Shown here in pieces: positions 48,688-57,994 of a stretch of DNA of 64,000 nucleotides. Position 1 is the first letter of the stretch, and the number at the start of each line of letters is the position of its first letter. The notes under the pieces are model-generated. The model ran no database searches and was not told where the DNA came from. It was given only the letters and a program-made list of their open reading frames with translations. Both the position numbers and the translations under genes were made by a program. Source of the stretch: a candidate division FCPU426 bacterium (GTDB lineage: Bacteria; Oederibacteriota; JAAXVQ01; JAUVAV01); the NCBI GenBank assembly GCA_040756875.1, contig JBFLYH010000001.1, positions 1,212,878 to 1,276,877 of the forward strand, in the 5' to 3' direction.

Positions 48688-51261
48688 ATGTCACCTGTCA
48701 GACGGTTTTTCTCAAATTGGTCCGTTTTTCTGCTCTGGACGGTCCTGTCGACCGGGTTTACGCTCCAGCCTGCTTTCGCCAATAACCCCGACGACAAACT
48801 GAAACATCCCTGGCGTCCCGAAGAAACCTCGGCGCAGTTTTATGACCACGAGATATTGATAAAATTCAAGGATCCCATGCCCCCCGAAGCGCTGGCGGCT
48901 TTCGGGCGCCAGATGTCCCGCGCGCTGGCCGGTCGCGAAGAGGCTTTGGCCGCGTTCCACGGGCGTTTGCGGACGCGCCCCCTGGGCCGGCCGGTCCTGG
49001 GCTGGCAGCGGGTCAGCCTGCCCGAGGGGCAAGGCGTGAACGAAGCCATCGCGCAACTGCGCACCCACCCCTTGATTGCGAACCTTGAGCCCAATTACCG
49101 CGTCCGGGCGGTCGATGCCATGTCCACCACCTACACGCCCAACGGCGCGTTCAACGACCCGTTTTACACCGACGGACGCTCGCAGTGGTGGATCAACCGC
49201 ACCCAGGGCGACCTGGCTAAAAACGCCGGGTTTGCCTTCAGCCCGGCCGAGGTGGTCGTGGCCACTGTGGATACCGGGGTGGATTTAGATCACGCGGAAT
49301 TCTCCGGCCGCCTAGTGGCCGGTTATAACGTGATCACTCCCACCAGTTCCCCGGATGACGACAATTTCGACTACAGCCGGCCGATTCTGGGCCATGGCAC
49401 GCACGTGGCCGGAACCATGATCGCCGCGGCCGGCAACGGGGCCGGAGTGGCCGGCACGGCCTGGCTCAATGCCATCAAAGTCATGCCCGTCAAAGTCCTG
49501 GATTACAACGGCAACGGAAGCATTCAGGACGCGGCGGACGGGATCACCTGGGCCGTGGACAACGGCGCGCAGGTCATCAACTGCAGCCTGGGAAGCTACG
49601 CCTACTCCTTCGCCCTGCAGGACGCCTGCGATTACGCCTACACCCACGACATTCTGGTGGTGGCCGCCGCCGGCAACAACAACGTCAATCTGCAGGTTTA
49701 TCCGTTTTATCCGGCCTGCATCGCCGGCGTGCTGTGCGTCGGCGCCTCGGACGCCCAGGACGCAGTCACTTATTATTCAAATTACAGCAATCCCGCCGGC
49801 CTGCTGGACTGCGTGGCGCCCGGAGGCGCCCTGATCGAATACGCCACGGGCTGGGATTGGGACTATGGCGTAACGTCCACGGCCAACACCGGCGGCTGGA
49901 CGGCCCTGGACGGCACCTCCTTCGCCGCTCCGCAGGTCAGCGCCCTGGCTGCGCTGCTGCTGGCGCAGGATTCGTCGCGCACGCCCGCGGACCTGAGTTC
50001 GCTGATTTTGACGTATTGCCAGCCCAAAGCCGGGGAACCGGCGGCCTATCACGGTTCCGGCCGGATCAGCGTATACGGATCGCTGAGCGTTTACCGGACG
50101 CCCACGCCCACGGTCACGTCCACCCGGACCGCCACGATGACGATCACACCGACCGCCACGCCCACGCCCTCGCGCACCGCAACTTTCACGTTTACACCCA
50201 CGCCGACAATCACGCCTACATGGACCGCTTCCCGGACCTTCACCCCGACCGCCTCCCCGACGTTCTCCCGCACGCCGACCGCCACGGCCACCCATTCGCC
50301 CACGTTCACAGCTTCTCCGACCGCCTCAAAGACTTTTACGCCCACCGCCACGCCTTCTTTCACGCGCACGGCCACGGTCACTGCCACTGCTTCGCCCACA
50401 GCCACGGTTTCCCCGACCGTCTCCCTTACGTTCACTTCGACGTCCTCTCCCACCTTCAGCCCCACGGCCACGGCCAGTTTGAGTTCGACGGCCACGCCCT
50501 CCGCGACTCCCACGGCTTCCATTACGCCGACACACACCCGCAGCGCCACAGCCACGGCGACTCACACCCGGACGCCGACCCTGACGCCTTCGGCTTCAAG
50601 CACCGCGACGCCCACCATCACCCCCACGCCGACGATCTCCGCCACGGCGACCCATTCGCCCACGGTTTCGCGCACGGCGACCGCCAGCGTCACCTTCACG
50701 CCAACGCCCTCGCGCACCGCCTCGCCGACCACGACGCCCACGGCCACGGTTTCAGCCACGTACACGGCTACGCCGAGCCGCACCCCCACTTTTACCCGCA
50801 CCGCGACCGCTTCGCCCACGGCCAGCATCAGCCCCACGCGGACCGTCACGCCGACCCAGACCGTCACGCCCACCCAGTCGCCCACGGCCACAATTTCACC
50901 GGTGGTCAGCCCGACCCCCACAGCCACGGCCAGCCTGACACCCACGTCAAGCAGCACGCCTGCTCCTGTGATGTTTGCGGATGTAAACGAAGTGATCGCC
51001 TATCCCAATCCCTGGCGGGAGGAAACCGCGGCCGGCAGAAGGCGCGTCGTCTTCACGCACGTGCCAGCCGGAGCGCATATTGAAATCTTCACTCTGTGCG
51101 GAGTTCACGTGCTCAGCTTGGATGCCCCGGATTCCGGCGGAACAACGCAATGGAATCTCTCCAACAGCCAGGGACAGCCCGTGGCTTCGGGCGTGTATAT
51201 CTATATCATCCGGGACAAATCAGGGCGCCAGGCCAGCGGCAAGCTGGCGCTGATCCGGTAA
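48688..51261 (+). CDS. Secreted S8 subtilisin-like protease with very long Thr/Pro linker and T9SS-like CTD
   Basis: Catalytic VDTG, HGTHVAG and GTSFAAP; oxyanion AAAGN; ~290-aa T/P/S/A tract; YPNPW...VASGVY. Confidence 0.92.
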   Translation: MSPVRRFFSNWSVFLLWTVLSTGFTLQPAFANNPDDKLKHPWRPEETSAQFYDHEILIKFKDPMPPEALAAFGRQMSRALAGREEALAAFHGRLRTRPLGRPVLGWQRVSLPEGQGVNEAIAQLRTHPLIANLEPNYRVRAVDAMSTTYTPNGAFNDPFYTDGRSQWWINRTQGDLAKNAGFAFSPAEVVVATVDTGVDLDHAEFSGRLVAGYNVITPTSSPDDDNFDYSRPILGHGTHVAGTMIAAAGNGAGVAGTAWLNAIKVMPVKVLDYNGNGSIQDAADGITWAVDNGAQVINCSLGSYAYSFALQDACDYAYTHDILVVAAAGNNNVNLQVYPFYPACIAGVLCVGASDAQDAVTYYSNYSNPAGLLDCVAPGGALIEYATGWDWDYGVTSTANTGGWTALDGTSFAAPQVSALAALLLAQDSSRTPADLSSLILTYCQPKAGEPAAYHGSGRISVYGSLSVYRTPTPTVTSTRTATMTITPTATPTPSRTATFTFTPTPTITPTWTASRTFTPTASPTFSRTPTATATHSPTFTASPTASKTFTPTATPSFTRTATVTATASPTATVSPTVSLTFTSTSSPTFSPTATASLSSTATPSATPTASITPTHTRSATATATHTRTPTLTPSASSTATPTITPTPTISATATHSPTVSRTATASVTFTPTPSRTASPTTTPTATVSATYTATPSRTPTFTRTATASPTASISPTRTVTPTQTVTPTQSPTATISPVVSPTPTATASLTPTSSSTPAPVMFADVNEVIAYPNPWREETAAGRRRVVFTHVPAGAHIEIFTLCGVHVLSLDAPDSGGTTQWNLSNSQGQPVASGVYIYIIRDKSGRQASGKLALIR

Positions 51262-51275
51262 GGTTGGGAAACCGC

Positions 51276-52142
51276 TCATTTCGCCACCGCGCAGCCGCAA
51301 TTGCCCCCGGTCGAACCGTACGCGCACAGGCTGGAGCACTCGTCGCCGTTCGCGGCGATTTTGGGGCGGCTGTCCACCACCAGCCGCGCGGCGGAGTTGA
51401 AATACACGTAAGGGCAATAGAGGGTGGTCGGCAGGCCCAGGTCCGTGGGCTGCCACGGAGACCCCGGTCCAGAGGTCGGAGGAAGGTTCGTGCCGTCGCT
51501 GCGGGCAATCTCCAAGTAATGGGTTTGGATGTATTCCCAGGAGTCCGCGGGATTCTTGTAAATGAACCCAAAGTGCAGGTGCGGGTAGGAGCCGGGTTTG
51601 ACCGTGGCCACGAGCAGGTCCGCCAGTTTCTGGCCGCGCCTAAGCCTGCTTCCCTCCTTGACCCGGACTGCCTTGACCTGCCTTTCAAATTCCGCGGGAA
51701 TCAGGGTTTGCGGTTCGATGGTGTAAATCGCGAACCAAAACTGGTTCAGTTGCAGTATCACCGTGATCGAGGGGCACCCGGCGCCGGTCGTGCTTTGTAC
51801 GATGCGCGCAACGCGTCCGTTGGCCACGGCGACCAGCGGAACCTTCTGCACGCGCCTGAAAGCCGGCAAATAACGCGGGACAATGTCCGTGCCGCCGTGG
51901 GTTTCCACCCCCGCCGTGTCCCAGGGGAACAAGCCGAAACAGTAAAACCGGTCGACTTGGACGGGATTTTGATAGGGGAACGTCATGCCCGGATCCGGCA
52001 GCGAAATCTTGCCGGCTTGGGCGCTCATGACCCCGGGTTCAGTGGGCATTGCGCTCTGTTCGGAAGAAGTGCAGCCTCCCTGCAGCAGCAGGATTAGTCC
52101 CAATCCAGCCAAGCCAGCCAGCTTTTTCCAGGTCTTGTTCAT
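51276..52142 (-). CDS. Putative lipoprotein, M23-peptidase-like fold
   Basis: LQGGC lipobox-like signal; HGGTD (HxxxD), AVANGRV, V..G..L..GQ, PHLHF; start at ATG 52142. Confidence 0.55.
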   Translation of the reverse strand: MNKTWKKLAGLAGLGLILLLQGGCTSSEQSAMPTEPGVMSAQAGKISLPDPGMTFPYQNPVQVDRFYCFGLFPWDTAGVETHGGTDIVPRYLPAFRRVQKVPLVAVANGRVARIVQSTTGAGCPSITVILQLNQFWFAIYTIEPQTLIPAEFERQVKAVRVKEGSRLRRGQKLADLLVATVKPGSYPHLHFGFIYKNPADSWEYIQTHYLEIARSDGTNLPPTSGPGSPWQPTDLGLPTTLYCPYVYFNSAARLVVDSRPKIAANGDECSSLCAYGSTGGNCGCAVAK

Positions 52143-52394
52143 GCCTCCCACCTCCCAAGCGAAATGGAGCCCCCGGCGACCATCGGAAGTCCCTTTAGGG
52201 ACCGAAAGGCCCGGGGAACTTCTGCTGACCTTGACACACACTCATTTGGCAGGGCAACATCCCCGGAGCAGGATTATCCGCATTCCTCCCCGCACCTGCC
52301 TGAGGTCTCAGGCGGAGGGGATCAACCCTGGTTTTGGGTTTTTACATGACGGTTTTGCGCTTTCTAAATCCGCCGGACGGTCACGGTTCAGCGG

Positions 52395-52754
52395 TTACTT
52401 CGGCCCCCACAGCAGGGCGACAGCGGTTCCCACGGTCAGCAGGGTGGCGATTTGATGTATGGTTCGGAAGGCGGCGAACGCGGGTTTGCCGGAACTCAAG
52501 AAAGCGCCGGTGGCGAATTGGATCGCCACCAGCAGCCCGGCCAGGATAAGCAGAAGCAGGGTCAGCAGGTTCTTTTCCCCGACCCGGAGCCACTGCGCCG
52601 CGGCCATGACCGCGAGAACAGCCATGCCCAGGGCCAGCAATTTATGCAGGGTGATGATCAGAGTGGACAGCGGCCTGCCCGAATGGGAAAGCCAGATGCC
52701 TGAAAGGATGGTGAGCAGGCAAAGTCCCAGTGCTCCGGCGATCTTCCAGGCCAT
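52395..52754 (-). CDS. Four-TM membrane protein
   Basis: SGIWLSHSGRP, LHKLLAL, hydrophobic helices. Confidence 0.65.
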   Translation of the reverse strand: MAWKIAGALGLCLLTILSGIWLSHSGRPLSTLIITLHKLLALGMAVLAVMAAAQWLRVGEKNLLTLLLLILAGLLVAIQFATGAFLSSGKPAFAAFRTIHQIATLLTVGTAVALLWGPK

Positions 52755-52832
52755 CGGTCCCCCCGGTCGGTTGGTCGCCCTTATTGTGGACAATCGGGAA
52801 TAGTCTGTCAACCCGCAAAGGCGGCCGCCGGC

Positions 52833-53336
52833 TTATTTCCTCGGCCAGGGCAGGAGTTCGCTGGTCCGCGCCCGGTAGGCCAGGTATTCGGGCCCGAAAG
52901 CCTCTTCCAGCTTCCTATCCTCGCGGCGGATCAGAAATTTGAACGCTATGAACACGACGAGTACATTGGCCAAAATCAGCCAGGAATGAAGCATCAACCC
53001 CATTCCCGGCAGGATAATCAATATCCACGCTGCGTACATAGGATGCCGGCAGAGGCGGAAGAGCCCGGTTGTGAGCAGGCGTTCCTTAAACCACCCGATA
53101 ATCAGCGCTGCCTGGGCAGCGAGAAAAACCAGGAATCCGGCGGCAAACAGTAACAGCCCGGCGTTCTCATCCACCTTGCGGCTGACAAAAACCATGTTGT
53201 AAAACCGCAAATGATCCAGCGTAATGATGGCGGCCTGCGAGAAATAAAGCGCGCCGATCAACGCCAGCCAGGGCCCGATGCCGAATAAAGTGATTTTCCT
53301 TTTCGCCACCCTTCGCCCTCCCGGATTCGTCCCCAT
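52833..53336 (-). CDS. Isoprenylcysteine carboxylmethyltransferase/PEMT-family membrane protein
   Basis: LLTTGLFRLCRHPMY, RED..L...FG.EY..Y. Confidence 0.85.
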   Translation of the reverse strand: MGTNPGGRRVAKRKITLFGIGPWLALIGALYFSQAAIITLDHLRFYNMVFVSRKVDENAGLLLFAAGFLVFLAAQAALIIGWFKERLLTTGLFRLCRHPMYAAWILIILPGMGLMLHSWLILANVLVVFIAFKFLIRREDRKLEEAFGPEYLAYRARTSELLPWPRK

Positions 53337-53400
53337 CAACTCTGTGCCTCCGGCTTTTGCTTGCCGGAAAGCATTATACACCAGCCACCTACTTAGCCGT

Positions 53401-53925
53401 TCACCGTTCGGCCACGGCTTTCAGATTGGCCAGCCCGGTCTCGAAATCCTTTCCCACCATCTTGTCCATGCTGAAAAACAGCCCCATTACCTTGGCGAAA
53501 TACGGGCTGGGGCCGGTCATCGCCCAGGTGACCTGGGTCGCGCCGCCTTGGGCGTTCAGGGTGAATTCCGCCAGATGGTGAGCCACCATGGGCTGGTCGA
53601 AATCCAGCTTAATGAGGACTTTTTCGCGGGGTACAACTTCAAGAATTTCCATGCGCCCGGCCCCCACTTTTTTTCCTGACCAGGTATACACTGCGCCCAC
53701 GCCTTCCTTCGCCCCTGCATAGGTGCGCTCCATGGCCGGCTCCATCTTTTCGTACGGGGACCAGGCCTGCCATTGGTGGAAATTGGAAATCAGGGGGATG
53801 ATCCGGTCCGGCGCCGCCTGGATGCCGATGCTGCGCTGCACGCGAAAACTGCCGGGACGGGTGGCTGCGTATGTCAGCAACCCCGCAACCAACGCTAAAA
53901 CGACCAACACAATGATCTTTATCAT
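53401..53925 (-). CDS. SRPBCC (polyketide cyclase-like) protein
   Basis: F.VQRS, W..WSPY, GVGA.YTW.G, VTW.M, GKDFETGLANLK. Confidence 0.9.
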   Translation of the reverse strand: MIKIIVLVVLALVAGLLTYAATRPGSFRVQRSIGIQAAPDRIIPLISNFHQWQAWSPYEKMEPAMERTYAGAKEGVGAVYTWSGKKVGAGRMEILEVVPREKVLIKLDFDQPMVAHHLAEFTLNAQGGATQVTWAMTGPSPYFAKVMGLFFSMDKMVGKDFETGLANLKAVAER

Positions 53926-54207
53926 GACTCCCTCCTCTGACCGCCGATAGCGATTTCCTTCTGCGGTCTGGTAATCATTAGACCCTGATTCATTGCCTCC
54001 GCCCCAGTGCAGCCCGGGGTTTCTATGATTTCAAGGGGATTGTTTTCCTAAAAGGCAGCCCAAAGAGCATTGCTGGAACGAACCAGGAACCCAGGCCAAG
54101 CGCCGGCCCGGCAGTTTTCGCGATATCTGGGGATCAGAAGGAGGTAGCGTGCATTCATTTCTTCAAACCCGGGCTTATGCAACCCTTCCGCATGCCAAGG
54201 GCAACCA

Positions 54208-54660
54208 TCATCCGCCGGGTTCCCACACCAGCAGTTCTTCCACGAGGGTTACCGACGTTTTTATCAAATCCACGCAGATTTTCCGGAACAGGTCCTGGTC
54301 CGCGGCTTTTTTATATTCCTCCGGGTTGCCTAGATCCAGGCCCATGAGTTCCGTGCAGTTGATGGAATTGTGCTTGGCCTTGAACCGGCGGTTGAATTCC
54401 CGGACCAGGCGGTAGGTTTTCTCCCTGGCCGGCATATCCTCCGCAGTCGCCCGGCCGTGCTTCAGGCCCAGGACCAGGTAGGCGCCGGTCACCGCGCCGC
54501 AGGTCTGGCCGGTCCGTCCGCATCCCGCCCCAAACCCGGTCGCGAGTTTGAGCGCCAATTCCTCCTTCAAGCCAAAATCCTCCGCAAACGCCGACAGCAC
54601 GGCCTGCGTGCAGGAGAAACCGGACTTGAATTTTTCCAGGGCAAATTGGATTTTTGACAC
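54208..54660 (-). CDS. C-GCAxxG-C-C family redox protein
   Basis: SCTQAV, GFGAG, CGAVTGA, SINCTEL, C-terminal Cys. Confidence 0.88.
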   Translation of the reverse strand: MSKIQFALEKFKSGFSCTQAVLSAFAEDFGLKEELALKLATGFGAGCGRTGQTCGAVTGAYLVLGLKHGRATAEDMPAREKTYRLVREFNRRFKAKHNSINCTELMGLDLGNPEEYKKAADQDLFRKICVDLIKTSVTLVEELLVWEPGG

Positions 54661-54714
54661 AGATGTTTCCTCGCGCTCAAAGGCAGGAAGATTATTTCCA
54701 GGCCGCTTGTCAGC

Positions 54715-55443
54715 CTAGAAACTGACCGTGATCTCCTGGATCTGGTCCAGGGCGGTATCTAGGCTGGACACATCTGGATAGATGTCCGGCTGGTCTTTGA
54801 TGCGTCCGCCGTGCCCCGCCAGGGACATCTTGCAGGCAGACCCCGGCTGCATTTGGCTGATGTCGGCCCGGTAGATCAGGGAAGGCTGGCCGGCCCAATC
54901 GTTGTTTTGGTCGGTGTAGGTTGCGTTGGTGTCGCCGGATTGATTGACTTCCAGATACAGGAACGCCGGTTTGTCCGGCGGCAGGTTGGTTTTCAGCGTG
55001 AAGCTGGACATGGGCGTGGCCGAGGTGACGGCATCCGTGTAGGGATTTTCCTTGCTGGGCAAAGTCCCGTTGACGGTTTTTAACCGCGCGGCCCAAACCG
55101 GGAAACACTCGGCCCAAAAGGCGGCGCCTTTTTCGCTTTTCCCGCCGTGCCGAAAAGTCTTGTAATCAGCCCCGGTGATGTAAAGGGTGCCGAGAAACCG
55201 CCCCTCTTTGTCTTCCGCCCAAATCACGATCTGGGGCAGAACGTTGAACACCACCGGCCCGGCCTGCATGCGCTTGCTCCAGTGCCCGCCTTTGGCAATG
55301 TCCACGCTGATTGGCAGGCCTTCCGCGATCTGTTTGAGCTGGATGGTCTCATGGGCTTCGTTCAGTTTGTTCATGACGCATCCGCCGGAGAGCAGACCCG
55401 AAACGAGGATGGTTGAAAATAGTTTCACGCCTTTTATTTTCAT
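54715..55443 (-). CDS. Hypothetical lipoprotein (DUF2271-like)
   Basis: LSGGC lipobox-like signal; PQIVIWAED..G.F..TLY, DAVTSATP, GQPSLIY; start at ATG 55443 (ATGA overlap). Confidence 0.6.
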   Translation of the reverse strand: MKIKGVKLFSTILVSGLLSGGCVMNKLNEAHETIQLKQIAEGLPISVDIAKGGHWSKRMQAGPVVFNVLPQIVIWAEDKEGRFLGTLYITGADYKTFRHGGKSEKGAAFWAECFPVWAARLKTVNGTLPSKENPYTDAVTSATPMSSFTLKTNLPPDKPAFLYLEVNQSGDTNATYTDQNNDWAGQPSLIYRADISQMQPGSACKMSLAGHGGRIKDQPDIYPDVSSLDTALDQIQEITVSF

Positions 55444-55904
55444 GATTTGCTCCTTCTCAGATCCGCCACCGCGGCTTCGGCGTTGGCTTTGCGGGCCGCG
55501 GCCGCCACTTCCTTGCTGACGATGGTCTGGCCGATGGGCGCGAGCGCCAGGCCGGCCAGTTTCAGATGCGGAAAGCCAAAGGGAATCCCGATGAGCGAAG
55601 TGAAGTTGACGACCGCGGCCATGACATGGCCCAGCGCCAGCCACAGGCCGGCGAAAACAAACCAGATGACATTGCCGGCCACGCCCCAGGGGCCTGTGCC
55701 GATGTCTTCCTGGTTATGCAGTTCCTTGCGGCTGATGGCTTCCTGGCCAAAGGGGAAAAAAGTGAATTGGCCGATTACAAAGCAGGCTTTGCCCCAGGGT
55801 ATGCCCACAATCGTCAGGTAGGCAATCGCGCCGGCGAGCCACCACGCCAGGCCCATCACCGCCCCGCCCAGGATAAACCAGAGAAAATTCCCGATTACGC
55901 GCAT
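55440..55904 (-). CDS. yccF: YccF-family inner-membrane protein
   Basis: GNFLWFILGG, TIVGIPWG, GNVIWF..AGLWLALGH, IGIPFG, LAPIG. Confidence 0.88.
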   Translation of the reverse strand: MRVIGNFLWFILGGAVMGLAWWLAGAIAYLTIVGIPWGKACFVIGQFTFFPFGQEAISRKELHNQEDIGTGPWGVAGNVIWFVFAGLWLALGHVMAAVVNFTSLIGIPFGFPHLKLAGLALAPIGQTIVSKEVAAAARKANAEAAVADLRRSKS

Positions 55905-55969
55905 GAAGCAGGTCCTTTCGAAAGAAATGGAGATGTGATTGCGATCAGATATTTATACCATATTCCGGA

Positions 55970-57250
55970 TCATTTCAACGGCTTTCGTTCGTCCCTTTCC
56001 CGCAGTACTCTTTCAACGGCAGCTAACAATAGATCTAGGTCAAAGGGTTTATCTATCACCATACTGAATGGACCGGCTTTCCCACCTTCAACTCCTCCTT
56101 TAACGGTGGCAGCGATCACTTCAACATCATTCCGGGTCCATCTCGTTCGAATAATCCGCATCAATTCATATCCGTTCAATTGCCGCAACATAACATTACA
56201 CAGAAACAATAAATCCGGCAATTGTTTCTCCATTTCCGCCAACGCCTTTTCGGATGTATGGTATTCGAGTATTTTATATCCTTTAGCTTCCAGAATGATT
56301 TTTACCAATTCGGCAATTTCCGCATTCTCCCAAACGAGGCCTATGGTGTACCGCGAAGGATCAAAAACAGCTCCCGAAGTGGATTTTCCAATTACCAGAG
56401 GTGCAAGATGACTCAACTTTCCTTTTCTTGCTTTTTCAATTGCCATTTTATCGATTAGACTTCTCGTCATGCTTTTCAACTCTTCTACATCGAAAGGTTT
56501 GATTAAAATATCATCGGTTAGGGAATACCAGAATGGTATTTCATCTTTTTTTATCCAGCCTTTGTTTAGAAACAACAGTTTTTTCATTGTTTTATTCGGC
56601 CATTGTTTTTTAACTTCCCCCAGGAAATCAATGGCGCTTGTTTTAAATAAAAACATATTCATAACGAATAGGAGATCAGGGAGCCGCGTCTTCATTTTCG
56701 GAAGTGCCCTGTCTGGATCCCCATAATTCAATACCTCAACATTCATCTCCTCCAAAACAAATGTTACTAAGTCAGCTATTGCAGGTTGGCTGTGGACTAA
56801 CCCCACAGAACAAGCCGGCTTAATCTTTTTGGCCGTTTCTTTTGTTACCACCCATTTTTTAATAATATCCATAACTGTGGCAACAGTTTTTCGCACATCC
56901 CCGGAAGACTTAACAACAAGGTATTTAGAATCGTCCGGTCTGGTTGTTCGAGTCTCACTCACCAAAACAACAGGCGCAGGATTGTTTATGCATTCTCGTA
57001 AAATGGAGGCTAAAAAGTAACCCGCGCTCTCTCCCTGGCCAGTCTCTTTCTGCATATGAGCCGGACAGCGGCTAACATCCATCCGCTTATCCATGATCAG
57101 GCCATCAAGATCTTGGTATACAACAATGGCATTGAATGCTGCTTCCGCATCCATGGTCCGGATAATTTGGGTTCGATGTCTGCCGGACTTAAGTAAGGCG
57201 GCTATTTTTTGGACCGATGGGCTGTTCCCAGCCAAAAGGATCTTTATCAT
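55970..57250 (-). CDS. Triple receiver-like domain protein, AT-rich
   Basis: PDLLF and KPFD motifs occur twice, plus an N-terminal degenerate REC domain; visibly lower GC than its flanks. Confidence 0.65.
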   Translation of the reverse strand: MIKILLAGNSPSVQKIAALLKSGRHRTQIIRTMDAEAAFNAIVVYQDLDGLIMDKRMDVSRCPAHMQKETGQGESAGYFLASILRECINNPAPVVLVSETRTTRPDDSKYLVVKSSGDVRKTVATVMDIIKKWVVTKETAKKIKPACSVGLVHSQPAIADLVTFVLEEMNVEVLNYGDPDRALPKMKTRLPDLLFVMNMFLFKTSAIDFLGEVKKQWPNKTMKKLLFLNKGWIKKDEIPFWYSLTDDILIKPFDVEELKSMTRSLIDKMAIEKARKGKLSHLAPLVIGKSTSGAVFDPSRYTIGLVWENAEIAELVKIILEAKGYKILEYHTSEKALAEMEKQLPDLLFLCNVMLRQLNGYELMRIIRTRWTRNDVEVIAATVKGGVEGGKAGPFSMVIDKPFDLDLLLAAVERVLRERDERKPLK

Positions 57251-57422
57251 TGTAATTCACCCCCAGACAACAGGTCTGAAAGGTCAGGATAATGTATATC
57301 AAGTTCTTTTAAATTAGACGTCGTCCATGATATTTTCATTACCATTTTCCCGCTCTTTTTCTATAATCACCAAGGGAAATATTGATACTTCATTTTCCAT
57401 TTCATCCTCACAAGGAGCCCTT

Positions 57423-57974
57423 ATGCCGCAGTATAAAAGCGTCCCGCTTGATTCCGCCTACCGGCTGATCAATCACGGGCCGGTCCTTTTAATTTCCAGC
57501 CGCTCCCGCCGGGGCAGGTTCGATCTGGCGCCCATTGCCTGGGCCTGTCCGGTGGGCATGGAGCCCTGCCAGGTCCTGCTCGCCATGAGTCCCGGGCATC
57601 AGACCTTCCGGAACATCCAGGCTGAACGCGGGTTCATTGTCTGCGTGCCCGGAAAAGCGCAGGTCAAATGGGTCAGGGAGGCCGGCTCCATTTCCGGCAC
57701 TCAAGCGGACAAGTTCGCCAAATTCAAGATCCCGTCTTTTCCAGGCAAAAAAGTCCGCGCTCAAATCCCGCAGGGCACTGTGGCTTATCTGGAATGCAAC
57801 TGGCAGCGCACGATCCGGCTGAAGGAAGTCGCCCTGGTTATCGGCCGCTGCGTGCATGCCGCTGCCCTGGCTCAGGCGTATCAAGGGCGCCTGCGGGCCG
57901 AAAAGCCGGAGGGCAAAACCCTCCACCACCTGGGCGGTAACGTGTTCATGGTGCCAGGCGACAAGCTGGCGTAA
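57423..57974 (+). CDS. Flavin reductase family protein
   Basis: AYRLINHGP, APIAW, H.T..NI, GS.SG...DKF, LEC, LHHLGG; start at ATG 57423 behind AAGGAG. Confidence 0.88.
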   Translation: MPQYKSVPLDSAYRLINHGPVLLISSRSRRGRFDLAPIAWACPVGMEPCQVLLAMSPGHQTFRNIQAERGFIVCVPGKAQVKWVREAGSISGTQADKFAKFKIPSFPGKKVRAQIPQGTVAYLECNWQRTIRLKEVALVIGRCVHAAALAQAYQGRLRAEKPEGKTLHHLGGNVFMVPGDKLA

Positions 57975-57994
57975 AGCCGGCCCGCTCAGCCTTT

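Noticed and set aside
50095-50970. CRISPR or satellite DNA in ACS-CCS-rich tracts
   Set aside because: Low-complexity coding sequence for Thr/Pro linkers; the Val/Gly-rich antisense ORFs are shadows.
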